Part shown: one piece after another, positions 12,981 to 25,190 of the stretch
Position numbering within the stretch: the stretch's first letter is position 1
How the letters are laid out: each line of letters opens with the position of its first letter
Origin: Octopus vulgaris
Taxonomy: Eukaryota
DNA length: 64,000 nt
Reading direction: 5' to 3'
NCBI GenBank assembly: GCA_951406725.2
Contig: OX597828.1
Span: 25,234,001 to 25,298,000 of the forward strand
Made by a program: the position numbers and the translations under genes
The notes under the pieces: model-generated
Told to the model about the DNA's origin: nothing
Seen by the model: only the letters and a program-made list of their open reading frames with translations
The model's database searches: none

Positions 12981-13227
12981 GTTTAAGTGACATCTTCATG
13001 AATGAGCATTGCAACTCCGTGACTTCTTCCCCTTCTATTTGCATGGAACACAGCATACATTGGTATGTGTATCTTTGCGTTGTTTATATCAGTATGTGTA
13101 ATGCATATCACTTTTTATATGTATGTATGTATGTATGTGTGTGTGTATGTATGTATGTATGTATGTCTATCTGTATGTCTGTCTTTTTATTTAGCCCCAG
13201 ATCAGCTCTGATTGAAGTGTCATACTT

Positions 13228-13456
13228 TTAACCCTTTAGTGTTTAAACCGGCCATATCTGGCCCAAATATTCTACAAGTTTTATATTCAAACTGGCCATA
13301 TCTAGCCTCTCACACATTAACCTACATTGACATTCTAAAAATAAACAATCACATCATTGAAACCTCAAAGCTATAAGATCATGCATAATTAATTCAAAAC
13401 AATTTGAGTGAAGAAGTATTACATTTAACAGAGTAATCTGAACACTAAAGGGTTAA
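13228..13456. mobile_element. piggyBac-type MITE, family P1
   Basis: TTAA + CCCTTTAGTGTT ... AACACTAAAGGG + TTAA. Inserted into an older repeat. Four copies in the window. Confidence 0.85.
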
Positions 13457-16264
13457 AGACATTCCAATCATTAATGCCATGCCTTTTTTTTCTCTTTTGC
13501 TTTTTAATGTATAATTTATCTAGGACTGCATTATTCAATGACCCCTCCCCTTTTTTGTGGTTAATGTTGGAATGTTTAGTAGAAATAGACCATTGTTGTT
13601 AAAATGTGCTGTTGGTAAATATTCTAGACTTTGAACCCATGAGATGAGATGACTGATGAAAGTGTTCAGCCTATGAACTATTTATCAACCTATGAACTCA
13701 GTATACTGGAAGAGTATTTACAATTTATATTGGCTGTCAGCATTGTTGATATCTTTTACCTGAGTAATCAGTTTATCACACAACAAAAGAATGTTGACGT
13801 AATTCTGTCATTGAGAAACTAGTTGTCTCTTGACTAATTTAGTTTTGTTTATTAAATTCTGAGTTGTGGAGGGGATATAAAACTTTTTTCTCATTGAATT
13901 AGAAATAAAATTTATTAGTTTACAGTTTTGCTGTTTATATTTCATGATGATGATGATGACAATGTCTAAAATGTTCTCCAAGAAATGTTTTCTTTTGAGC
14001 AAGCTCTTCAAATTTAATCAAATGAACAACTTCTGAAAGTAGTTGGTTCACTTATTGTGGACAAATGGAAAGCCAATATAGATAAATAGCTCCTTGTACG
14101 GAAAAGATTACCACTAACAAAGAGATATTGCTTTCTTAGTAGTTGCTTCCAGATCTCTCTCAAGATATAGGGATGTATATGGACTGATGGAAGTTAGCAG
14201 TTACAAACAAACTAAAAAAAAAAAAGGTGCTCAATACAATTGTTTTGCAAGCTGAAGTTTCTGTAGTAACCAAGTCTCATGTTGCTGATTATTCAAACAA
14301 TCGAGGCAGCAGAACAATGTATAAGCAATATATGAGCAACTATTGTTAATGAAGTTTTAGTGTTGACTTTTTTTGTTTTTGTATAATGATGTTTTAGGTT
14401 ATGGTAAATTCATCGTGTAGGAAATAAATTTTTTAGCCAGTTGACAGTTGGAAATTGTTCAATAGAAAGTCATAAAATTATCCACAAGAAATGACAGTTT
14501 GTGTTTGTTCTGTTCAGACTTACAAAAGGCTCTAGCAGAATATTTAATCTCTGAGTGACAGAAATCAATACCTTATGAGAGCATTAACTTGATTGAAAAG
14601 TGCAGGTGCAGAGTGCTAGATTACTCCTAAGTAGTGAATCTGGAAAAGTTCAGAATAAGCAGTAATTAAACCTGGAAATGTATAGGACAAGTAAAAAAAA
14701 CTCAAAAACTTAAAATATCGCTGCTGAATTTAAAATCTGCTGAATGAATAGTTTATGCAATTTTTGATTTTTATATTTTTTTGTTTTTTATTGCACATTT
14801 AAAAATTTAAGTTAATATTTTTTATTTAAAAATGTCCTTGTATTTAAGCTAAAACATTTCTGTCTTTTAGTATTTTGATATATTTTTGGTTTAAGAATAT
14901 TACAAACAAAATTCAATGAAATAAAAGAATTAATTTCTTTAAAATTTGCATTATCAGATAACAAAGTATTTTCTATTCATAGTCAGAAGAAGATTTTAAA
15001 AAATTAAAGCTAATGAACAAATTGAGTGCAAAATGTAGAAATACTTAGGGGTTGTAAAACATTGTCAATTTTGCTTCAATTTCTGTTATGTGATTTTTTA
15101 AATGTATAAAGCACTAAATTTGTAATATTAAATTTTTAATGTGTAAATTTGCTAGCAGTTATGTATGTGTATCTATATATGTGGGTATGTGTGTGCAAGT
15201 GAGTGTTGGCATGTGTGTGTCACTTTTTTTAAGTCACTTGTGCAAATGAAAAACAATGAATGTATGTGTGCGTGTGCATGCATGTATGTGTGTGTGTGGC
15301 CATGTTTTTTGCAGTTCAGCTACAAAAAATAAACATTAAAGAAATAAAAAGTTTATACAGAACTTGGCCCGATTGGTTGCCACATCACTTTAGCTAATAT
15401 TTTTTGATGAGGTTTTTCACCATGAAATTCTTCTCATAGTGCTCTTCATTTGAACATAATTATTGTAAAGTTTTCTTTTATGATAACTGAGATATTTTGA
15501 TTCAAAGTCAGTTTTCGTGGTTGTTTTTTTTACCATTTTTTTGTCACTTAAAGTCAAACTATTTTTTTGTAGCTAATTTTTTTAACAAGGTTTTCACCAT
15601 TCTTATACACCCAATTAACCCGTAAAATAATAGATATTTTGACTCAAACTCAGTTTTCAGCTTTACACTCCCATGTTTGATCTCACATGTTTTGACCTAA
15701 CATTTTGTCTAATAAATCAAAGTTCAATTATTTATCTCCAAATATAGCTTATGACCATCATTGTTAAAAATACAGCATTCAATTTAGTTGAGAACTGAAT
15801 TAGCGATGAGTCTTAGAATTGCTTGAGGGTGGCTAAAAGTTGACCTTAAGACTATATCTTTTAAACAAACACTGAAGCGTTGAGTAAGTTGGTATTTTAG
15901 AATGAATAAAAGAAATTTCAAATACAGAATAGCTGTGTAAACAATTTAGAAAATTGGATAAACATTCTTAGAAAATATAGGGTGGGGGGAGAAGTAGTCA
16001 GCAAGCTGCTTTAGAAGGTTGAACCTTGTATTTCACAAATTCTAGCTGAGCAACCCATGATCTCACATACTCTTATAGCACTTCATATTTTAAAATTACA
16101 AAAATATTTTCTTTTGTTAAAATGATCACATTTTTTTTCCCGTTATTTAAAGCCACACACTTTTTCTGTAGTTAATATTTTTTGATGAGGCTTTTGCTGT
16201 AAGGTTTTTTTTTGTCATAGAGCTTTCATTTGAACACTACTATATATGTAGACAAGTTATTTCA

Positions 16265-16512
16265 AATTGCTCAAGTTCACTCAGCTGTAGAAATGAGTTG
16301 CGACATCACAGGTGCCAAGCTGTCTTGGCCTTTGCCTTTCCCTTGGATAACATGGGTGGAGTGGAGAGGAGAGGCTGGTATGCATGGGCGACTGCTGATC
16401 TTCCATAAAAACAACCTTGGGTTGTGTGTTTACCAGTGAGGCAACTTTCTGCCCAGACTTCTTTCTCAAAGGGGAATCTCTTAGGTGCACCCATGGTCAT
16501 TCATGGCTGACA
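16265..16512 (+). mobile_element. 5'-truncated SINE, family C (same as 57239-57581)
   Basis: Matches the body of the full-length copy: CACTCAGCTGTAGAAA.GAGTTG.GAC.TCACAGGTGCCAAGCTGT...GGTGCA.CCATGGTCATT. Confidence 0.8.
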
Positions 16513-16575
16513 GAATTGAGTTGTGTGTGTGTGTATGTATATATAGTTATGTGTAATATATGCATATATATATAT

Positions 16576-16734
16576 GGGATACGATACTTTGGTCTATACC
16601 ACTTTAGTCTAAGACACTTTAAAAGCATTTTCGTCTGAAGACACTTTTATCTAAAAGCTCACTCGTCTAAAGACACTTTTGTCTAAAGACACCTTGGTAT
16701 AATGACACTTTGGTAAAATGACATTTAGGTTAGG
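16576..16734. repeat. Array of short GACACTTT(G/T)GTCTAAA-like units ending in TTAGGTTAGG; probable MULE terminal repeat
   Basis: About 8 imperfect ~16-18-bp units seen directly. Lies downstream of the minus-strand MULE transposase. Confidence 0.55.
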
Positions 16735-16774
16735 TATAACGAAACTTGCCTGATTATATCTATTTATAGATAAA

Positions 16775-18104
16775 CTAGCAGTATAGCCCAGCATTGCGCT
16801 GGATTAAGTTAGGATTATTAAGCTAATCAAGCACTTTATTTCAAATCAACCCAAGTTACACTGATGTTAAATTTGAGCGAAATCTATTGAAATTTGTAAA
16901 CCCTTGGCTGAAAATGGGTTGCAGACAATTTGATTGGGAAATCCCATAAGGAATCAGTTTATCAATTTTTCCACTCATCAATTTTTGTTTTGTTTTGTTT
17001 TTTTTGGGAGGACTTAACGCATTCAAAGATCCCATGAGTCCTAAGTAATGCCAGCATCGAGTTTGAACAAAATGCGTCAAAATTAGTAAAAGTTATGGTT
17101 GAAAATTTTAGTGGGAAATCCTATAAGAAATAGGTTTATCACTTTCTCATCCTGATTGAATGGTAAACCCCATTAGGAATCAGTTTATTGATTTTTCACC
17201 CCAAATAGGACTTAACTGAACACAACATTGCTGATTCAAAAAATCTTTATTTACACTTTAAAGTTGGTTTTCACATCTCACCCTGTTCTGCAGAATCACT
17301 GTCATGACAGGAGCGCATGGGTTGGGAGTTTGACTGACAGAAGCGATCAGGTTGCACATGCCAGCCCTTTGAAACTCCCCACCATCATTGGATAAGGTTG
17401 CATTAGAGATCTGCATTGGAGAAGGCTGATTCGAAAGTTTGCATTGGGGATCCAGATTGGAGTAACTTAGGAAAACTTACCAACAGCCTTAACAAAAAAA
17501 TAAGGGGCCTGGCTATTCTAGCCTAACTCTATGAGCAACTTGGCCAAGCACTGATATCAGCCGAGTGAGCATTGTTGTCAGAGAAGTCAGGATTGTCCAG
17601 TAAAGAAGAAGAAGTGTCCATGAGTCATGTTGCCATTGTTTGAGAATATGTCTAGCCAATGCTTCCGGATGACCTGTTTATAACCACATAGGCTGTAATG
17701 ATGACTCATTCTTCTTTCTATGTCTATAAAACTTCACTATAGACAACATTGCATGTTCCGCCCTGAGGAGCATACACTAAAAGAGCATTTCTACTCCCCA
17801 CATGGGAGTAGGCCACATAAAGTTGCTCATGTGAAAAGCTTAGCTCCCCCAAATGGATGCCCACCACTGATAGTGTTTGGCCTTGGGATTTCTTGACGGA
17901 CATGGCAAAGCATGGCCTTACTGGGAACTGCGATCTGCGGAAGTTAATTGGCATGTCTGATCCCGATGGATAAAGGGGCATCCTTGAAATGAAAACATTT
18001 TCCCCCCTTCTGCACCCCGTAATAATGGTGGCCTCAACAAAGTGGGGCGTCAGGGACTTGACTGCCAAGTGGGTCCCGTTATACTGTTTAGGCAGATAAA
18101 GCAT
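16775..18104 (-). mobile_element. Helitron 3' portion with Pif1-type helicase C-terminus
   Basis: ORF 17724-18104: YNGTHL..RMPL..FRRSQFPVRPCFAMSVKKSQGQTL..QLYVAYSHV..NVVYSEVL* (RepHel helicase C-terminal motifs). Minus-strand hairpin plus CTAG terminus at 16775-16802. Confidence 0.88.
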
Positions 18105-18436
18105 GTACTCTTTATCCTATTTGAGTTTTATTGAATAATTGTGTTAAATTTTCTTGACAATAAGATATATTTTAAGTCTACACACACAAACACACACTTG
18201 GTGTTATTGTTGTTGTGATGTGTGTAGTCTTTATTCCATTTGAGTTGTTGTTTTGAGTGAAAACGTGCCGTTTGAGGTGTTCCACTCATTGGATGCTAGG
18301 TTTTTTTTGAGTGGGGAGATTAAAGTAGTGATTTATTTCTGGTATCATATCATCGAAGATTTTATGGCAGGAGATAAGTTTCAGCGAGGGCTATCCTTTG
18401 TTTTGAGTCACAGAGTTGTCAGTGATCTATCAGCTG

Positions 18437-18664
18437 TTAACCCTTTAGCATTTAGATTAATTTGTCAAAAGTAACCCTTATTTATTCACATTTAAAAAAA
18501 TTTATCTGATATTATTTTGTACCTTCAAGATAGGAAAAATGTAATTGCTTATTTTTAGAGTGACATTGCAGGGTAGGTGTGAGATGCATGTTCTGGCCAG
18601 TTTGAGCATAAAATGTGTAGAATATTTGGGCCGGATACAGCCGGTTTAAACACTAAAGGGTTAA
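18437..18664. mobile_element. piggyBac-type MITE, family P1 (opposite orientation to 13228)
   Basis: TTAA-CCCTTTAG ... CTAAAGGG-TTAA. Confidence 0.85.
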
Positions 18665-18896
18665 GGTACAGCGTTCAGTAAATTCTGTAAAAAATTTTGT
18701 TTTTGAACTGGAAATGTACATTTCGTTTGATGTCAGCATAAAGTGAAAGAGAGAGAAAATGACAGACGTGTGTATATGTTGATGGTGGTATACAGGATAG
18801 AAAATGTATGTGTGTGTGTGAGAGAGAGAGAGAGGTGTTGATGTGTGTGTGCGAGGGAGAGGGAGAGTGACAGTGTATATTCTTAAAATTTATTTT

Positions 18897-20135
18897 TCAG
18901 CGCATCTTTTTTGAGTGAGTGATTGACTGAGAGAGAGCGTGTGTGATAGTGTAATGCCTCTCTCTACGGTAAGTTGAGATAATTTTGATGATTTGTTCTT
19001 CTTTTCTTAGAACATCAAGAACATTATATAGATTTAAATGTGATGTAACTAAGATACTAAATCGCCTCTGCCATGCTTCAATAGAATTAATTGTACATGT
19101 TTTACCATCAAGCGTGAACTCGTAAACATTCCATTCAGGTATTGAACATAATGGCCATGACTGTCTTCCATTTCGTCTTAGCATTCCATTTACAGAAATA
19201 TTTTCTATGTATTCAATAAACAGCAGTGCATTTTCAGGTGCACTTTTGTTTCAAGCATTGCAATCCTATTGGTACAACAGCAACAAGCAGAAAGGCCAAA
19301 GCGTTCACTTTTTGACAGAATAGAAAAAAATCTATATCATTATTTTAAAGATTTACAATCCCAGTTGCTGAATTTTTCTCCAGGTCGATTGGCAGAAATG
19401 AGAAAAACAGAAATGCACAGCAATGTCACCAAAAACACGTAAAAATGCATTTCCATCTTCCAGTTCAAAGCCTATGCTCACCTCTGTTATGTCATTTTCA
19501 ATTCTATGAGCTTCCATCCCTTCTACAAGAGCATATATCATTTTAGCATAAATTTCTTCTGACTTTCCTGGTAGCAATACAAAAACAAGAGGATATATTT
19601 CACCATGGATTTCAGCATGAATTGTAATATATTTGCTCAAAAATGTTAAGATGTTTCGAAAGTTCCATCACTGAACAAGTGTTTTTATGAACCTAGCTTT
19701 TGCAAGGATAATGGTGCTGCAAAAATCAAAATTTTACTCTTGACCATTTCCTCCACTGTCATGTACTAACCAGTTTTCTCCTCCCATGGTTATCCTAAAT
19801 CTGCCTTGACATCTACAGCCAATGATGTTGGAAGCTTGAGAAGCTGTTTAATTTTTACTTTTCAAATATTTCGAGTGATGCAAGCATTGGTTGGAAGCAG
19901 CTGTACGGAACCTTTTGGGACCTCACTAATTGCGTCAGAAATTATTGCTGCAGGCATTTCTGATGGCGTTTCTGATGTTATAAGAGCTTTTCCTCTTATT
20001 TTGTTCAATGCTTGGAATACATGCACTTTCTCATTACCACCTGCATGGATGTGTTCTGAAGTTTTCGTAACTTCATGATTTCTGCTTAAGATAAGACGGC
20101 TGGGACACTTTCGATCTTTACATCGCCAATAAGTT
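18897..20135 (-). pseudogene. Decayed FLYWCH-MULE (Mutator/Phantom-type) transposase
   Basis: ITYWRCKDRKCPSRLI..EHIH (FLYWCH finger), FSDGTFETS, YITIHAEI..YPLVFVLLPGKSEEIY, CFSHFCQSTWRKIQQLGL and WNVY..CTINSIEAWQRRF. Stops and frameshifts present. Confidence 0.88.
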
Positions 20136-20796
20136 ATGGAAACTTCTCTGCCCCTATCTCTTATTTCCCTTTCTCTCTCTAATTTTCTATTCTCTTTCTT
20201 TTATTTCTTTTTCTTCTTTTCAACTATTTTCTTCCCTACCCCATACTTAACATTTTCTGATTTTTCCCTTCTCTTTCTTTTGCCAGTAACAACTAACTTG
20301 TATAAGCATACGCCAGGAGATTTTGTGCATGTGTGTATGTGTGTGTACATATATACATATGCATTTGTATATATACTTATGTCTTGCCTGTATATATATA
20401 TGTAGCTATGTACATGCGTCTATGTTTAGTGTATATATGTATATTATAGATGGTTTGGTATGTGCAAATGCTGCTATATGTATATGTAACCCAATGTGAA
20501 CATTTTTTAAACAGATATAACTTTTAATATATTAATTGATAAATATTTTACAGATAATTATTTACCCTGGGTATTCAGGCTCCATCCTTCTATATAAGCT
20601 ATTTTTGATTTAAGGTTTTCTTCGATTTTATAATAAGATGATTTTATACCGAAATTTGTTCATTGCATGCAACCGGTCATTGTAAAGACCGTTAGTTGAA
20701 AGAACTAATGAAGCAAAATGATTTTCAAATGTGTATCTATTAAACTAATTGTATATGTTTGCTTCTAACCTTATATTTGTTCCATTCTAAACAAAA

Positions 20797-20834
20797 CTGT
20801 CTGATGAACGGGAAGGTGAAATTCTAAGTAACAG
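20797..20834 (+). ncRNA. Candidate minimal type I hammerhead ribozyme motif
   Basis: CTGT-CTGATGA-AC(gggaag)GT-GAAA-TTCTAA-GTA-ACAG: stem I CTGT/ACAG, intact CUGAUGA and GAAA cores, GUA site. Stems II and III are very short. Confidence 0.45.
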
Positions 20835-20866
20835 CTTTTGTGATATTTTTGCTGTTTTCTCATAAA

Positions 20867-20912
<46 letters not shown>

Positions 20913-20933
20913 TTATATATGTGTGTGTGTGTG

Positions 20934-20978
<45 letters not shown>

Positions 20979-20979
20979 G

Positions 20980-22025
20980 AATAAATAAATGGAGTTAAAC
21001 GCAGGTGTTATTCAAATTCTTTTACTTCCAACACATGTTCCGAAGATATCATTGGTGTTATTCCAAAGGAATAGAATGGTGTAAAACAATGTAATCTTCT
21101 CTTTGGGGAAATGAAGAAATAAAACTTGAGACATTTTCTAAAAATCCCCTTGTAAACACAGTTAAAGAGCGTGCTTACCAATGGAAACATTGTCAGAAAC
21201 ACACCTTTAGTTCATATAAGTGATATCTATCATTATATATAATTTAAACGTTGGTTTTCTTCTTACATTTCACTTTCACTAGATATATCTTTTTCCAAGA
21301 CTTTAGGATTTTATTTAATTTACATATAGTTCTATACTTCTCATTTATTTAGTTTCTGATATTTTCTTTCCTTTACTCTTCCTCTTTCTATAGGCTACCA
21401 TTGACATTATATCCTCTAACGTTTTTTTTTTAAAAACTTGATAGGCACAGGACTGGCTGTGTGGTAAGTAGCATGCGTCCCAACCACATGGTTCTGGGTT
21501 CAGTTCCACTGCCTGGCACCTTGGGCAAGTGTCTTCTACTATAGCCTTGGGCCGACCAAAGCCTTGTGAGTGGATTTGGTAGATGGAAACTGAAAGAAGC
21601 CCGTCGTATATATGCATGTATATATAAGTGTTTGTGTGTCTGCATTTGTCTCCCCAACATCGCTTGGCAACCGATGCTGGTGTGTTTACGTCCCCGTAAC
21701 TTAGCGGTTTGGCAAAAGAGGCCGATAGAATAAGTACTGGGCTTACAAAGAATAAGTCCTGGGGTTGATTTGCTCGACTAACGGCGGTACTCCAGCATGG
21801 TTGCAGTCAATGACTGAAACAGGTAAAAAGTAAAAGAGCGTTCAGTTCATCACTATACATATCCATCATATTCTGTTAAAATATCTTATTGATGAGTTTT
21901 ATTTCTTCATTTCCCTGAAGAGAAGATTACATTGTTTTACACCATTTTATTCCTATGATATGTTCGAGACATATTGAAAGTAAAAGAATTTGAATAACGC
22001 CTGCGTTTAACTCCATTTATTTATT
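20980..22025. mobile_element. Long-TIR non-autonomous DNA element (~130-150-bp TIRs) within TA-rich microsatellite
   Basis: AATAAATAAATGGAGTTAAACGCAGG.GTTATTCAAATTCTTTTACTT...GGAAATGAAGAAATAAAACT at 20980-21126 is reverse-complemented at ~21894-22025. Confidence 0.85.
21443..21837 (+). mobile_element. Full-length tRNA-derived SINE, family A, nested in the long-TIR element
   Basis: A-box-like TGGCTGTGTGG, B-box-like GGTTCAGTTCC, CCTTGGGCAAGTGTCTT core, internal TA/TG tract and GTAAAA tail. Confidence 0.85.
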
Positions 22026-22035
22026 TATATATATA

Positions 22036-22274
22036 AAAGCACCATCCGAGCGTGGCCGTCTGCCAGCCTCGTCTGGCACCTGTGTCGGTGGCACATAAAA
22101 TCACCCACTACACTCTCGGAGTGGTTGGCGTTAGGAAGGGCATCCAACTGTAGAAACACTGCCAGATCTGACTGGCCTGGTGCAGCCTTCAGGCTCCCCA
22201 GACCCCAGTTGAACCGTCCAACCCATGCTAGCATGGAAAGCGGACGTTAAATGATGATGATGATGATGATGATC
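22036..22274 (+). mobile_element. RTE LINE 3' end
   Basis: CCATGCTAGCATGGAAAGCGGACGTTAAA(TGA)n terminus. Reverse complement of the 7855-8040 region. Confidence 0.85.
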
Positions 22275-22900
22275 ATACAAATATTTCATGTAAACCCGGA
22301 GTTTCTACCTTTAAAAATAAGGTGTTACACCCTTTTTACTTGTGTGATCTTATGCTACTCTGGCAACTATTTATCTATTTTTTCTGTGTTAATTATAAAC
22401 AAGGGAAAAATACACACATCTATATATGTGTGTGTAGATATGTGTGTATAGATATATATGTATATCGATATTCTTCCCTGTGTTTGTGAAAGTTTTGTAT
22501 CTCTGCCGTAAGGCTTCATTTCCACACTCGCCAGCTGAATTTAATTCGTCCCCAGTCGAAAGACACCTATTGTTATGTCCTGTTATTATTATTATTATTT
22601 TATTTTGTATCTATATTTGTGTAACATCATCTGTTTTTCTGTCCTTGTTTGCATATACATTCGATGCTTTCTTCCAAGGAATCTAATGCTCTTAGCTTAG
22701 TTTTTCCTTGGGGCTGGCCAAACTGGAGCAATCTCAAGATTAATCAGCTGAAATTGCGAGGATGATCCAGTTCTTGACTGAGGATAGAAAGCTTCAAATG
22801 ACCTGTCCTTGTTTTTTTGTATTGTCTATCTGGATGTTTTGTTGTCCTTTTTGTATCACCTAGTTGTCTGGATGTTTTGCATTGTTGTCCCAATTTGTAT

Positions 22901-22941
<41 letters not shown>

Positions 22942-22964
22942 ATGTATATATGTATAAATATATG

Positions 22965-22995
<31 letters not shown>

Positions 22996-23068
22996 ATGTA
23001 TATATGTATAAATATATGTATATATATATATGTGTGTGTGTGTGTATGTATATATGTATAAATATATG

Positions 23069-23113
<45 letters not shown>

Positions 23114-23164
23114 ATATGTGTGTGTGTGTATATATGTGTGTGTGTGTGTATATATGTATATATA

Positions 23165-23201
<37 letters not shown>

Positions 23202-23220
23202 GCATACATGTATATATATA
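22901..23220. repeat. Compound (TG)n/(TA)n microsatellite with higher-order ~52-56-bp units
   Basis: Unit (TG)n-TATGTATATATGTATAAATATATGTATATA(TA)n occurs three times, then degenerates. Confidence 0.9.
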
Positions 23221-24788
23221 CTGGATGTATGACAAGAAAGCAAAAAAAGAAAAAAATATTTTTAAACTGTTAGAGAAAGTTTTTTGAACAAACATTTTAC
23301 CTTTAATTTAAAGACTTAGTTTATAAATCAACAATTAAAAAAAGCAAGTGGAAAAAATCAGTAAAATCGTAGTCAATTTATTAATTCAGGTGGGTAGTAT
23401 GTTACTTATCTGTGATTTGTGAAAAAAAAGAAGAAAAATACTTTTTCTGTCTCTATGGATATTCTGTTGATAATAACAGGGTTTCATTTGATGATCTAAA
23501 ACAGCTGTTTAAATTGGATTCATTTGGGAACAACCAGGAGCAATGAATTCATGTTACACGCAGAGAAGTGTCAATTGTAATCAAATCTGAATGCACAAAT
23601 GTAGAATAATCACAGTTAATTTAACACATTTAAAAATAACTGCTTGTAGCTATAGTAAACTCTATTATTTTGTTGTTAAATGAACTTATTTTTATAAACT
23701 TCAGTTTTTTTTTTTCCAATTTTCCCAATGCTCCAGTATTAACTGATAAAGTATGCATATTGTTGCATACTCCTGTTGATATAATGATAATATGGATTTG
23801 ATGAAATGTGCATATTTGTTTGCATATATAATATTAAGTTTGTATTTTACACTTATATGTTCTATGCTTATTTTAACAATGGAAATTACTTTTGTCATTT
23901 AGTGGTCATTGATTCAGTCTTTGACAGAATTTGAACTCATAACTTACAAACTCAAAACTCAAGCTCTTTAAACATTCAAGGCTCAGCAATTATACTTCAT
24001 TTCATAATTATTTATTTTATACTCTTAGATTTGGTATAAGTAGCAGTTTCCATTTTTGAACTCCCTAACAACAGTTTCTTATAAGGAACTGCGATGCTAT
24101 GCTTAAATACTTAGGTGTGTAGCAAAAGTATGTTTTAGTTAAAGTTAATCTAGTAATGCTGAAGTATGAAAAGTCTTGCAAGACTACAAAGTTCAGTTAG
24201 GTGGGGGGAGAGGACTTTATGCAAGGAGAATAAAGAATAGAAAGGAGTAAAGTACAAGAGAATGTGGGTGAAGTAGAGGAGTCACTTGCTACACAGCTAC
24301 TTACATTTTAGATGAGAGGGTGGAAGGTAGGAGTAGTGTTTATTTTTCTCTGTTTTGGTAGTGTGTTAATTTTTATACCATTTTATTACCTTCTCAACTT
24401 AGCTTTTACTCTACTGCTTTTTGTTATCTTAAGGTACATATCTTTTCTGAATGTATTTATATTTTCTCAATATCAAGTGATTTCAAAGACTTTGGCCAAT
24501 GTCATTCTGATTACATACTCCAACCAGCAAATTCATGTTTTATTTCAAGTGTAACCAGCTTTCTTTTAGAACTACTTGCTTAAAATCTTGGTGAACCAGT
24601 AAATCACTCAGATTTTCAACAGACAATGATTATAAAACAACTTGTTTTTAATCATTAATGTTGCTGTTAAGGAGTCTGATATTGATCTTCAGTCTATATG
24701 TTTGACCTCAAACATATTTTGTTTCACTTGACTGACCTTCATTACCTTTATTTATCAAGCTTCTAAAGATATGAGAAGCCATTAACTT

Positions 24789-25190
24789 CTAGTTAGTTAG
24801 GCTCAAAAGCAAATAGCAAGGCCATGTAGGGGGACATGGAGTTAAGTACAGGGTGGGGTTCATGTAAAGAGTTCAGGCCACTTGAGGTCCAGGGAGGCTT
24901 TGAACAAAGCGGTCGGTCGTCGGCATCTTCACCATCTCGTCTGGCAGCTTATTCCATGGATACGCAACCCGGACGGAGAAAGCTCCTCTCCTTCGATTGA
25001 GATGAAATCGTCGCAGGTAGAGCTTTTCGGAATGACCCCGCAGCCGACGCTCTGGAGCAGGAGTGAAGAACAGCTCTTTCGAGAGGTTACACTTTCCGCT
25101 TATGATGTTGTAGGCGAGAATGAGATCACCACGGCGGCGGCGTTTTTCAAGAGAATAAAGGTCGAGCGTCCTCAGCCTTTCTTCGTAGGG
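24789..25190 (-). mobile_element. Young 5'-truncated CR1 LINE 3' end
   Basis: Minus frame PYEERLRTLDLYSLEKRRRRGDLILAYNII..LRGHSEKL..RRGAFSVRVAYPWNKLPDEMV. (CTAA)n tail. CpG-rich relative to the flanks. Confidence 0.9.

Noticed and set aside
15385-16250. Three diverged TAG(C/T)TAAT.TTTTT...AGG.TTTT segments
   Set aside because: Probably internal repeats of an old DNA element, but no termini or TSD could be defined.
16576-16734. Short repeat array as a possible CRISPR
   Set aside because: Units are contiguous and degenerate with no unique spacers, the context is eukaryotic, and there are no cas genes.
17724-18104. Host PIF1 helicase gene
   Set aside because: Only the C-terminal fragment is present, motifs are degraded, and it is followed by a Helitron hairpin/CTAG end.
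22770-22800. CTGAGGA-TA-GAAAGCTTC hammerhead-like core
   Set aside because: Stem I (TTGA/TCAA) cannot be formed in register with a valid NUH site, and stem II is absent.
22809-23295. Overlapping 85-154 aa ORFs on both strands
   Set aside because: Translations of (TG)n/(TA)n microsatellite (CVCV, YIYI, THTH). Not genes.
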